From Candidatus Thorarchaeota archaeon (GTDB taxonomy: Archaea > Asgardarchaeota > Thorarchaeia > Thorarchaeales > Thorarchaeaceae): DNA of 64,000 nt. Position 1 is the stretch's first letter. Every line of letters begins with the position of its first letter. A program made the position numbers and the translations under genes. Of the stretch, positions 11,268 through 21,835 are shown piece after piece. The notes below the pieces were generated by a model. It saw only the letters and a list, made by a program, of their open reading frames with translations, searched no databases and was not told the origin of the DNA. The stretch spans positions 320,001-384,000 of the forward strand of contig CAVSBO010000003.1 in NCBI GenBank assembly GCA_963726195.1, read 5' to 3'.

Positions 11268-11334
11268 TTCCACTAGTAAAATTGGGATTGCAGTCCCTGA
11301 AAGGAAAAAGAGAGGAATCTCAGCTCCAGCCCAT

Positions 11335-14119
11335 TCAGTTCCGGAGCTGAGTTTTGGTGATTATTCTTCGCGCGCCGGGCTTCTTCGCCCTGATTGCGGC
11401 CTGCGCTGCCGCTAGACGAGCTATGGGCAGTCTGTAAGGTGAACATGACACGTACTGGACCCCGATACCGTAGAAGAACTCGATTGAACGCGGGTCTCCA
11501 CCGTGCTCACCGCATACTCCAATCTTGAGGTTTGGTCTCCTAGACTTTCCCCTCTCAATTGCAATCTTCATGAGCTCTCCGATTCCACGTCTGTCAATGC
11601 TCTGGAAAGGATCATTCATGAGAATGCCTTTCTTAAGATAGTCAGGCAGGAAACTCCCGATGTCATCTCTGGAGAATCCGAAGCCCATCTGGCTGAGGTC
11701 GTTCGTGCCGAAGGAGAAGAACTCTGCAGTCTCGGCCATGTCATGTGCACGCATACAGGCACGGGGGACTTCAATCATGGTCCCATAGGCATAGTCCACC
11801 TTGAAGCCGTGCTTCTTGGTCGCATCTTCACTTGCCTTATCCACGATGGACTTCATCACCCGCAGCTCCTGCGCTCCAATCGTTACAGGAATCATGATTT
11901 CGAGCTTTACCTTCTTGCCTTCTTTGATGAGTTCAGATGCCGCATCTAGAATGGCATGCATCTGTGCCTGTGGTATCTCAGGGTAGGTGATGCAAAGTCG
12001 TACGCCTCGGTGCCCCATCATTGGGTTACTCTCGTGGAGACTCTCGCCTCGCTTCCTGACCTCATCAACACTGATGTGAAGCGCGCTTGCGAGTTTCTCT
12101 TGGCCAATCTTGCTCTGTGGAACGAACTCGTGTAGTGGTGGGTCCAACAACCTGATTGTGACAGGACGACCATCCATTATTTCTAGGGTGCCCTTGATGT
12201 TCTCCTTCATGAACGGTTCGAGCTCATCGAGCGCATGTCGTCTCTCTGCCTCATTGGCGCTCATGATCATCTTGCGAAGAAGGAACAGCGGTTCATCAGA
12301 GCCCTCTCCGTAGAACATGTGCTCCGTCCGATAGAGACCGATTCCCTCTGCTCCGAAGTCGACTGCGTTCTTCGCATCCTTCGGAGTATCTGCGTTAGCT
12401 CTGACACCCATCTTCCGATGCTTGTCAACAATCTTCAGGAATTCCTGCAGTCGGGGGTTGTCTTTTGCACTGATAGTAGGCAACTGACCAGCGTAAACTA
12501 GTCCCTTCGTGCCGTTCAGACTGAGCCAAGTGCCTTCGATGTAAGTCCTGCCGCCGACAGACAGTGTCTTATCAGTGGCACTAATCTGAAGCGCGCCCGC
12601 TCCAACTATGCAGCACTTGCCCCAGCCACGCGTGACGAGCGCAGCGTGGCTTGTCATTCCACCACGTGCGGTAAGCACACCGGCTGCAGCTCTCATTCCC
12701 TCTATATCCTCAGGGCTGGTCTCTTCTCTGATGAGAATTGCGCTCTTTCCTTCTTTGGACCACTTGATTGCATCAGCGGATGTAAACACAATTTGACCAA
12801 CCGCTCCACCGGGTCCTGCAGGCAGTCCTTGAACGATTGGGTTCGCCTTAGCCTCCGCTGCGGGATCTATAATCGGGTAGAGAAGCTGAGTGAGCTGTTC
12901 CGGCTGAATTCTCAATACTGCGGTCTGTTCATCAATAAGCCGCTCATTGAGCATGTCTAGTGCAGTATTCAGCGAAGCAGTGGCCGTGCGCTTTCCAACT
13001 CGGTACTGCACCATCCAGAGCTTGCCGGATTCAATCGTGAACTCGATATCAAGCATATCATGACTGTCATGTTCAAGGGTACTGCGAATGTCCCAGAGCT
13101 GCTGGTACACCTTGGGCATCTCTTCCTGAAGGGAAGGAAGAGTCTTGTTCTGGTCTGTCTTGCTTTCTTCGTTCAACGGGTTAGGTGTCCTCAATCCTGC
13201 CACGACGTCTTCGCCCTGAGCATTGAACAGAACCTCACCGTAGAAGATGTTCCGACCTGTCGCAGGATCTCTTGTGAAAGCAACACCGGTCGCAGAGTCG
13301 TCACCCATGTTGCCAAAAACCATGGACTGTACGGTACATGCTGTACCCCAGTCATCCGGTATGTTCTCAATCCGACGGTAGGCAACAGCACGCTTTCCGT
13401 ACCAGCTCTTGAAGACTGCACCAATGGCACTCCAGAGCTGCTGGTCCGGGTCGTCAGGAAACTCCTTCTTGAGAGCTGATTTCACTTCAGCCTTGAACTC
13501 GTCACAGAGCTCCTTCAAATCAGTGACCGTAGAGCTCTGTGTCAGACTTCGCTCCTCGTTTCTTCTTCTTGACGTCCATAAGCTTCTCCATTCGCTCACG
13601 AATGCCTTGGCCCTCCTCACGCTCAATACCCTCGGCTTTTTCCATTACCACATCAGAGTACATCATGATGAGCCGGCGGTAGCTGTCGTAAGCGAACCGC
13701 TCATTCTTCGTCGTTTGAATGAGACCCTTGATTGTCTTGGAAGTGAGGCCCACATTGAGGACCGTGTCCATCATACCCGGCATTGACATTCGTGCACCAG
13801 ATCTGCAAGACACGAGCAGTGGGTTCTTCGAGTCCCCGAACTTCCGTCCCATTAGCTTCTCAGTTTCCTTTAGGGCGTCTCGGATCTCCTGCTTGAGGTC
13901 CTCAAAGATGACTCCGCCCTGTTTGAAGTAGTCCATGCACGCGGAGGTCGAAATCGTGAATCCTGGGGGCACGGGCAAGCCGAGCAAGACCATTGATGCC
14001 ATGCTAGCTCCTTTTCCACCGAGCTCATCGCGCATGCTCGCTTTGCCGTCTGCGTTGCCGCCTCCAAACTTGTAGACGCGTTTTGGCCTAGCGTCTGCCT
14101 TGGATAACACTGTAGACAT
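11335..14119 (-). CDS. ppdK: Pyruvate, phosphate dikinase (frameshift near 13530)
   Basis: LGGKGA, RSGARMSMPGMMDT, GGMTSHAA phospho-His, FSFGTNDL, GVCGEHGG. Confidence 0.96.
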
Positions 14120-14397
14120 TCCGAATAACCACCTCGGTCTAGAATCTCGCAATAAATGCAAGACAACCAGCGGCGCTTCAACAAAGGAAGCCGCCTCGTC
14201 GGTCGCTCTAGACTCTTGTTTTCGCCTTGTTTATCACCAAAGAGGCCTGCGACTACGCTATTATACCTTCGGTCTGGTCCGTATTTCAGGCGCAATGCTT
14301 TTCAAATCGGGCCATGTTAGCATTCTACACTTGGTCTGATGCTGTTTCATGTAAGCACACCCTCATTGTAGCATGACCAGTAGACGAGGAAGCGTCC

Positions 14398-15862
14398 ATG
14401 ATCGACCTAACAAAAAACGATGCTCAGCTCAAGCGGAATATCCAGCGCTGCAAGGAGCGCAGAATAATCATACCAACATTCGGTCAACTCAAGGACCCGA
14501 AGACAGTTCCTGAGAAAGTCAAGTCGCGGCTCAAGACCATAGGACTGTGGGATATTGCTCCCGAGAATCTGTTCAGGATAACTTGGAAAAACGAGCCGGT
14601 CGAGAAGGGCGGATTGTTCACTACTTCACCGAACTTCCTTGAGATTCCCACCTGAGCTGACAGGGGTTGAAGCAAGAATCATTGCATTGATTGGCAAGTG
14701 GTTCCCCACAGGGTCGCACAAGGTGGGCGCCACCTTCGGCTGCTTGGTTCCTCGTCTCGTTACAGGTCAGTTTGATCCTACAAAGCACAAGGCTGTTTGG
14801 CCCAGCACTGGTAACTTCTGCAGAGGAGGGGCCTACAATGCAACTCTTCTCGGGTGTGACAGCATCGCCATCCTCCCACAGGGTATGTCAAAGGAGAGAT
14901 TCGACTGGCTCAAGACAGTTGCAGGTGAGATTATCACCACACCCGGCAGCGAGAGCAACGTCAAGGAAATCTATGACAAGGTCTGGGAGCTGAAGAGAAC
15001 GCGAAATGACATATTCGTGTTCAACCAGTTCGCTGAGTTCGGCAACTACCTGTTCCACTATGATGTCACTGGTCACGCCATGGAGGAGCTGATTAAGAAA
15101 GAGTCAGGCAGCAGTCATTACAGAGGCGTGTGTCTGACTACCGGCTCCGCAGGCACAATCGCGTGTGGAGACTATCTGAAGCAGGCATATCCGACTTCCA
15201 AGATTGCGGCAGGGGAAGCCGTTCAGTGTCCTACCCTCTGGTTGAACGGCTATGGGGCTCATCGTATCGAGGGCATAGGTGACAAACACGTTCCTTGGAT
15301 ACACAACGTACGGAACACTGATATGATCATCGCAATCGACGACAACGACCCGCTGAATCTCATCAGATTGTTGAATGAGCCTGCAGGCCGCGAGTATCTG
15401 GTCAAGCAAGCGGGAGTGTCTGAAAGTCTAGTCTCGAAGCTAGACCTGCTGGGAATATCAAGCGTTGCCAATGTTCTGATGGCCATCAAGTTCGCCAAGT
15501 ACTATGAGCTGACTCGAAAGGATACTGTGCTTACAGTCTTCACTGACTCGATGTCGATGTATCAGTCCAGACTCAAAGAGGCGACGGAGTCTCATGGTGC
15601 CTATACCGAGAAAGATGCCATCAAGGACTATCACAGACATCTCATGGGACAGAAGACAGATGCCATGACTGAGCTCACATTCCCCGACAGAAAGCGTGTT
15701 CACCATCTGAAGTACTTCACTTGGATTGAGCAGCAGATGTTCGATCTCGAGGAACTGAACCGTCAATGGTACGATGAAACCTACTGGACCGGTAATCAAG
15801 AACTGACTCCCAAGATAGACCGGCTAATCGGTGAGTTCAACGAACGAGTCGGTTTGGCCTAA
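14398..15862 (+). CDS. Fold-type II PLP-dependent enzyme (cysteine/threonine synthase beta family); frameshift near 14650
   Basis: TGSHKVGA PLP-Lys, STGN, TGSAGT, HRIEGIG. Confidence 0.88.
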
Positions 15863-15958
15863 GCAGTTGCTTAGCTGTGAGCGGACAGGACTCACCATAT
15901 CCCAACGGACGTCGTCCACTCATGTCACGGTAGTCTACAGATGCCGCTGGTCTTGATC

Positions 15959-16388
15959 TCATCCCTTGAGGAGCTGGCGAATGACAGAAACGAACTCAGT
16001 GGCATCAGCGATTACATTCGGAATCGCTTCGAACAGCAACTGGTAGTCGACCTCAAGATACTGGTGAACAAGTAGGTTGCGCATCGAAATCATGTTCTGA
16101 AGGCTCTTCGACAAACGAGAGTCCAACACACCGTTCTGTTCAAGAATTGCAATCATTTCCCTGTATGAATCAGGAATCCCCAATCGCCTTTGGGCGACGA
16201 TATGACTAGCCACATCCACGACTGACTGAGCTACTCAGCTCGAATGACCGAGCAGTCGCCCGGAGAGTCTTTGCATCCGCGATGAATCGTTCATAGTTAG
16301 GAATGCGGACCGTCTTGAGGAATTCAACTTCCTTGATGATCATGGCCAGTCGTTTGTTTAGCAGTTTTGCATCAATTGCCACAATCAC
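15959..16388 (-). CDS. HEPN (DUF86) RNase toxin of an MNT-HEPN pair; frameshift near 16230
   Basis: RNLLVHQY (Rx4HxY) motif; PDSYRE; overlaps the MNT stop codon. Confidence 0.88.
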
Positions 16389-16784
16389 TCGCCGCCCAAG
16401 AACTCATTCAGAAACCTGTCCTCGGAGACCGACCAGTCAGGATAGTTGATCAAGACCTGCTCGACAAATCGATTCCAAAGACCCTCCTCCCGCTCGTAGA
16501 GAACGAGCCCGTCGTGTGCAATTCTGTGAGCCAGTGACCAATTGACATCCTCAATTGTGACGAAATCGAAGGCGCGCTCAGGACCTGTGAACTCGCCAGT
16601 CAGGACAACCCTTAGTTGCGATCTCTCTAGCCTCGATAGTGAAGGTACTGATACTGCGACGTCGTGGTCACTTCTTGGTCCTGATTCGTCCCTCAGCTCT
16701 GGACCCAAATAGAACTATGAAGTCAATCGGACAATTCGCGCTTGACAAGACTCGCCTCACGATGTCTTCCGAATCCAAGTGCAT
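16385..16784 (-). CDS. Minimal nucleotidyltransferase (MNT) antitoxin; frameshift near 16680
   Basis: MHLDSEDIV...IVLFGSRAEG joins in another frame to RSDHDVAV (GSx10DxD); GLVLYE. Confidence 0.85.
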
Positions 16785-17129
16785 GATTAATCTCACCAAG
16801 CTGTCACGTGGCTGCCTTGAGCCCTGTCCGATAACGAGAATTAGCGTCAGTCCATATAACGCTTGGGACTCGCGTGTTTTTCCACATAGGATACCATCTG
16901 TCGTTTCTGGTTCTCTTCTTCTCCAAGCCTATCTTGTGGGGCCAGAGTAAGCATCGGACCAATCTCGAACGTCCTTCTTCTTGCCCCACGGCGTATTTTC
17001 TGTATTATACTCTGCTATGACTTTCCTTCAATTGCCGATAGCAGGTGCTTTTCGCAGGTAATTCTTGTCCACAACTTGCTTGAGAATGAAATCCGCCAAA
17101 TCTGCTCTTGAGATGGCTGTTCCTACTTG

Positions 17130-17319
17130 ACCGTTCATTGTTAGTTGGACAAAGTTGGACACAGGAGTCTCTGTCCGCCCAGAAACGGCACTGGGCTCAA
17201 ACTCCTTGAGGTCAAGTTTGTGTCGTTTCAACCTCGAAGGCTGATTCCTTATCAGGGCATATAAGCTCCTACGAGGAGGTGTCCAAGTTTGTCCCAGCTT
17301 TCTGCAGCTGCCGCGTGCC
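17130..17319 (+). mobile_element. Non-autonomous ~188-bp mini-element (MITE-like), copy 1
   Basis: Interrupts a CDS; subterminal inverted doublets gttggacaaagttggacac / gtgtccaagtttgtcccagc; homologous to copy 2. Confidence 0.85.
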
Positions 17320-17529
17320 CTGAGTGCGAGAGCTTCAATTGACGCGCTCAATTTCAGAGCGAAAGCAACGATTGCGCTGGTAAAACTCATGATGCGTCCA
17401 GCATACGAAGAGATTGTCCACGTTGCAGAAATTGTCCGGGGCTCCGATCGCGATCGGACGATAGTACGCTTATCATTACTCAACAATAATCCCAAATCCG
17501 GTAACGTTAGAGTCGGCTACATAAGCAAG

Positions 17530-17717
17530 GGTTGACAACAGCTGCATAGAAGTTGGACAATCTTGGACATTCTGGAGTAGGAGCTTAAATAGCTCGGACC
17601 AGACTTCTCTTTGAGGTTGACTCGACACACTCCAGCCTCAAGGAGTACGACCCCAGTGCCGTTTCTGGGCGGACAGAGACTCCTGTGTCCAACTTTGTCC
17701 AACTAACAATGAACGGT
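17530..17717 (-). mobile_element. Non-autonomous ~188-bp mini-element (MITE-like), copy 2, inverted relative to copy 1
   Basis: 17652-17717 is the exact reverse complement of 17130-17195 (66 bp); the rest is diverged but colinear. Confidence 0.85.
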
Positions 17718-18111
17718 AGATGTTATGATGAGCTGGCGTACGCCCTGACTCTCCATCGCGGCAAGTATGTTTCGCATTCCTTGCGCAAGTGGCTTTCCCT
17801 TCTTTCGGGCGCGCGGACCAAGCGTGCTAATGACCGCATCCGCGGCGTTCATTGCGGCCGCAATTGCCTCTTGATCTGACAATTCGCCTTAGACAACCTC
17901 CAAGTGTTCGTTCTGCATGTTGAGCTTGGAAGGGTTGCGAACGTATGCAACAATGTCATTTCCTGAAGCAAGAGCTTGTTCTACAACAGGTCTTCCTGTG
18001 CGTCCGGTTGCGCCAAAAACCAGCAGTTTCATCTTTCATCCTCTTGTATGTAGTACTTCAAATTCCCGTCACATTCATCGATAATCTAATGTCTTCCAAA
18101 GAGCTATCAGT

Positions 18112-18834
18112 CTAGAGGTAAGCAACGATTACTACACTGGCAATCATCAAGAGCAGCGTCATGAGCCCGACCTTCCATGAAAGAGTGGTGCTCTCCTTTT
18201 CAACGATAAGGTCAGAGATTACTCCGACGCCGATAAAGAAGGGGAAAATCGCGAGTGCGGAATTGAAGACTCTGAAAGTGATTGAATACATGAGACCCAC
18301 AAAGAAGAGTTTGCCCAGTTCTTGACCGGGTCTTGTATCCTTCATCTGTTCTTCCAACCCGATGTGATGCAAGCTGTAAAAGATGGAGACCAGCAAAAGC
18401 GCCGGGATTATGCCGAATGCTTCCTCGAAAAGCTGTCTCAAGAAGCTGTAGAAGAACAGAGTTTCGAAGAGCACTCCCACCATCAAATAGAAGATTGTCC
18501 CGGATTTCCCAGAGAGATCGGGTCTGTGTCCCTTGTTCTTTGCTTCGGAGTAGAACATCGCAGCAAGCAGGGCCGCCAGTATTATGTCAGCCGCCATTGC
18601 CCATACCAGATTATCTCCCGGCAAACCAAAATCGTTGAAGGAAAGACCGTTTGTCTTCACCCACCATGTCGGGAGCAAGACACCCAGTCCAACAAGGGTG
18701 ATGACATCACGAAGGGCTACTCGGGTTGCTTTGCTGTTCCTAAACACCATCAGCAGACCACTCAGGAGCACGCAAGCAATGGCCGCCAAGAAAGCGACCA
18801 ATGTCCCTTCGGTCACAGACAAGTTGAACAGCAA
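18112..18834 (-). CDS. CPBP (CAAX/Abi) family intramembrane protease-like protein
   Basis: FETLFFYSFL, FYSLHH, multiple TM helices; start uncertain. Confidence 0.7.
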   Translation of the reverse strand: MLFNLSVTEGTLVAFLAAIACVLLSGLLMVFRNSKATRVALRDVITLVGLGVLLPTWWVKTNGLSFNDFGLPGDNLVWAMAADIILAALLAAMFYSEAKNKGHRPDLSGKSGTIFYLMVGVLFETLFFYSFLRQLFEEAFGIIPALLLVSIFYSLHHIGLEEQMKDTRPGQELGKLFFVGLMYSITFRVFNSALAIFPFFIGVGVISDLIVEKESTTLSWKVGLMTLLLMIASVVIVAYL

Positions 18835-19035
18835 TACAACCGTCGCATTGTCACCTGAGTTGTCCGAGGGATTGAGCCTTCCTCAAATGCGTTTCTCTAT
18901 CGTGGATTCGAGACTATCTGAGCCGCAAACCGCAGGCAGACGCTAGGAGCCTTTCATTTCAGCTTCTGGTTTGATTGAAACTCGCAAACAGACCGTCCGT
19001 CTTGGCTGCCAATCAGCAACCAAGATGGATTCTCA

Positions 19036-20475
19036 TCAGCTTCTTGAACGGTTCTGACGGACTTTGTAATACTGGCAGGTCCGTGACAACGCACCCACGG
19101 CTTCTCCGACATTCCTGAACACAGGCAGTCCCTCAGTGACGAACGTGTTCCAAGTGGCAGTCCTTTGTTCGGGGTATGCTACCTCCGGCACAGCAACGAG
19201 AAGGGGCTTCTGCTGTACCTCGACCACTTCTTTCGCGGCTTTTGCCAAAGCCTTCCAGAAGTCAGGCATTACATCGAGTGCATCCATGATTGTGGCGACT
19301 TGGTGTATGTTGTGCACATCCGCCTCAACGATTATCGAATCGAAAGCCGGGTCCGCCCCAACGAGCCTGATTACCTCGGACGTAGTCTGATCCTCGTAAT
19401 AGTCTGCCGCCATGTCCACAGGGTTACCGAAGCCTGTCCCGACATCCCTTATGATTTCCCTTAGCTTCGTCACGGTGTCTGGTGAAGTTCGAGGAACCTT
19501 GAGTCCCCTTTCAATACAGAGGTCCGTGTAGATGACGCTTGTTCCACCGCTTATCGTAACCATGCCCACGTTGTTGCCACGAGGAACCGGACACTTTGAG
19601 AAGACACTGAGAGTCGCCTCGAGGTCCTCCAAGGTTGTGACAGTAGGCACGTTCGCCTGTCTGAAAGCGGCAGCCCATAGCTCGTTGTTTCCTGCCAAAG
19701 CCCCAGTGTGGGAAGAGACAACGCGAGTTCCCTCCTGAGACCGTCCGCCTTTGAGAATGACAACCGGTTTCTTGGCCGCGAAGCGCTTGAGCGACTCAAC
19801 CAGAGCTCTCCCATCCTTGGCGCCTTCGAGGTACGCTCCAACAGCTTCTGTTTCGCTGTCGGTCTCGAAGTAGTCGAGAATCTCTGAGGCAGTGATATCT
19901 ATCTGATTGCCAAAGCTGAAGACCTTACTAAACCCAAGACCAGACTCGACTCCGCCGGTATAGGTCGCAATTGCGACTCCTCCTGACTGAGACAAAAACC
20001 CGACATTGCCCGGACCTCTTTTTATTGTCGGCATGAACGCGAATCCAAGCTTCGGATAAAGCAGACCCATGCAGTTCGGACCTAGGACCCTCATCGGGAG
20101 GTTTCGAACAATCTGAGCGAGCTCCTTTTCTCTTTGCCTTCCTTCCTCAGTGCCGAGTTCCGAGTAGCCGCTTGTGAAGATAGTGACGCCCTTGGCACCC
20201 TTGGCTGCACACTCTTTGACAACATCTGCAACATACTTGTACGGTACTGAGATTATCGCATAGTCAATCTTCTCTGGGACTTCAGAAAGGCTTTGGTAGA
20301 CTTTGCGCCCGAGCGCCTCTTCTTCTCCTTTCGACACGAGCCATAGCTTCAGATCATGCGGCCATTGAATCATCGAATGGACCCAATAGTAACCCATCTT
20401 CGAGGAGATTCCGACGATTGCTACGGACTTGATCTTGAGAACGTCGGCAATTGTGGGTCTAGCCCGCGTGCTCAT
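19036..20475 (-). CDS. ADP-forming acyl-CoA synthetase alpha subunit (CoA-binding protein)
   Basis: SVAIVG, GPNCMG, SQSGG, SHTGAL phospho-His, NPVD. Confidence 0.9.
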   Translation of the reverse strand: MSTRARPTIADVLKIKSVAIVGISSKMGYYWVHSMIQWPHDLKLWLVSKGEEEALGRKVYQSLSEVPEKIDYAIISVPYKYVADVVKECAAKGAKGVTIFTSGYSELGTEEGRQREKELAQIVRNLPMRVLGPNCMGLLYPKLGFAFMPTIKRGPGNVGFLSQSGGVAIATYTGGVESGLGFSKVFSFGNQIDITASEILDYFETDSETEAVGAYLEGAKDGRALVESLKRFAAKKPVVILKGGRSQEGTRVVSSHTGALAGNNELWAAAFRQANVPTVTTLEDLEATLSVFSKCPVPRGNNVGMVTISGGTSVIYTDLCIERGLKVPRTSPDTVTKLREIIRDVGTGFGNPVDMAADYYEDQTTSEVIRLVGADPAFDSIIVEADVHNIHQVATIMDALDVMPDFWKALAKAAKEVVEVQQKPLLVAVPEVAYPEQRTATWNTFVTEGLPVFRNVGEAVGALSRTCQYYKVRQNRSRS

Positions 20476-20611
20476 CTAATTCTCACCGGATCCCGGTGCC
20501 GCGGGATGTGGGCATGATTTAACTGTACCGAAAGAAGAAACTTTAATCAGAGACCGAATATGCCGGGCTAACCACGGCCTTGATACCCGAGGTCTTGTGA
20601 GAGCTGCGCGA

Positions 20612-21760
20612 ATGTCAGAAGAACTCAGCCTCGCAGGAGTGTTTCGCCGCTTCAGGAGATTCATTATCCTGTCATTGCTGGTATCTCTGTTGCTGGTACC
20701 TGTTGCGGATGCCCTGATTGTTCAACGAGACCGGAACAGAAGTATGGTCTACGGTGATCTCTTCTGGCAGGTCGGTCTTGGGGTCTACAACATCAGCGAC
20801 CATGACCTAAACGTCACCTATCACGCACCAGCTGACCACATGCTGACAGGTGTCCTGAACGTCACGTACGAGTACCCCATTGTCACACTCCTCTTCTATG
20901 CAGTCTTGGCCGGGATTGAGCCCGGGATTTTCGGTCCAAGTCACTACATCGCGAACTGGGCCCTCGTTCTCTTGGCTCACCTAGATGTGCTAGCGTTTCT
21001 GTATCTCTCGCAAGGCTATTGGGACAAACGGTGGCTGAGACAACTCCTTGCGCTGTTCTACTTCTTTGAAGTTACATATGCTATTGGGTTCGGCAAGATT
21101 GAGCCCCTAGCTGATGCGTTCATGTTGGGAGCCTTTGTTCTCTTTAAGCGGGGTGCGCTTTGGAAGGCGAACGCGCTCTTAGGAGTCGCCGTTCAGACAA
21201 AGGTGTATCCGGGGCTTGCATTTCCCATCTTCTTTGCAGCGGGACCCTTGGCCTCACTCTCGTTTGTTGTAACAATAATAGGTCTATCTCTGCCTCTGCT
21301 CGCGACGGGCATGGGCTATACTTCCCTGATTGCACATCTCACGAACAGTCCGAGCTATGCCAGCATCACGACAAATCCATTCTATCTCGGACTTGCCGCA
21401 GCCAACCCGGTCGCCATAATTGCACCTGCAATACTCGTGGTTGTGCTGTTGTATTCGGTGCTCGTGACAAAACGTTTGGGTCCGATACGAGTTCCTACGC
21501 TCAAACTCAAATCCAAGAGCTTCATGGGACTGTTCATCTTTTGCGTGCCGCTGGTTCTCATGTTCTTCTCGTGGGTTCTAATCTGGTACTACTCTTGGTT
21601 TGTACCTATGGTGTTACTCTTGAAGACACCAGATGAGATGATGAGATACCGATGGATGATTGTCGCGATATGGGTCGCGCATTTTGTTGGAATTGCCCTG
21701 AATCTGCAGTATTTCCTTGTGGGGCCAATAGCTGAGTTCTTCGGCCACCTCAAGCTGTAG
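20612..21760 (+). CDS. GT-C fold membrane glycosyltransferase (GT87 / PIG-M-like)
   Basis: YEYP motif in the first loop; GVAVQTKVYP; WYYSW; ~10 TM helices. Confidence 0.7.
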   Translation: MSEELSLAGVFRRFRRFIILSLLVSLLLVPVADALIVQRDRNRSMVYGDLFWQVGLGVYNISDHDLNVTYHAPADHMLTGVLNVTYEYPIVTLLFYAVLAGIEPGIFGPSHYIANWALVLLAHLDVLAFLYLSQGYWDKRWLRQLLALFYFFEVTYAIGFGKIEPLADAFMLGAFVLFKRGALWKANALLGVAVQTKVYPGLAFPIFFAAGPLASLSFVVTIIGLSLPLLATGMGYTSLIAHLTNSPSYASITTNPFYLGLAAANPVAIIAPAILVVVLLYSVLVTKRLGPIRVPTLKLKSKSFMGLFIFCVPLVLMFFSWVLIWYYSWFVPMVLLLKTPDEMMRYRWMIVAIWVAHFVGIALNLQYFLVGPIAEFFGHLKL

Positions 21761-21835
21761 CCAGTGAGCTGCCATCACGCAGACTTTGAAGAGCCTGTTC
21801 ACAGCCCCAGACGAACTGCGGGCCTCTACAGATAC

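Larger units (their letters stand above)
17028..18032 (-). pseudogene. NAD(P)H-binding (flavin reductase / BLVRB-like atypical SDR) oxidoreductase, disrupted by two insertions, an internal inversion and a TAA
   Basis: N-terminus MKLLVFGATGRTG...IITST (18032-17715, minus); middle LSAR...GYISKG (17320-17532, plus); C-terminus QVGTAISRADLADF...PAIGN (17129-17028, minus); the pieces rejoin to 210 codons; TAA at 17889-17891. Confidence 0.92.

Noticed and set aside
16804-16989. 61-aa ORF between MNT and the pseudogene
   Set aside because: No recognisable motif or SD; it may be a remnant but cannot be supported.
17125-17323. 8-nt complementarities between the copy 1 interior (ggtcaagt, tcagggca) and its junctions, resembling bridge-RNA guides
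   Set aside because: Copy 2 shows no equivalent matches at the same positions, and the segments sit in stems. Chance cannot be excluded.
17028-17495. 155-aa ORF in the track
   Set aside because: It is a chimera of the antisense middle fragment, element sequence and the true C-terminal 33 codons.
17144-17703. GTTGGAC/GTCCAAC as integron attC core sites
   Set aside because: The order within each element is the reverse of attC (RYYYAAC...GTTRRRY), and there is no cassette array or integrase.
17130-17717. Inserts as spliced introns, or the inversion as a phase-variation switch
   Set aside because: The two inserts lie in opposite orientations relative to the gene and contain stop codons. The gene also has an independent TAA, so no orientation yields protein.
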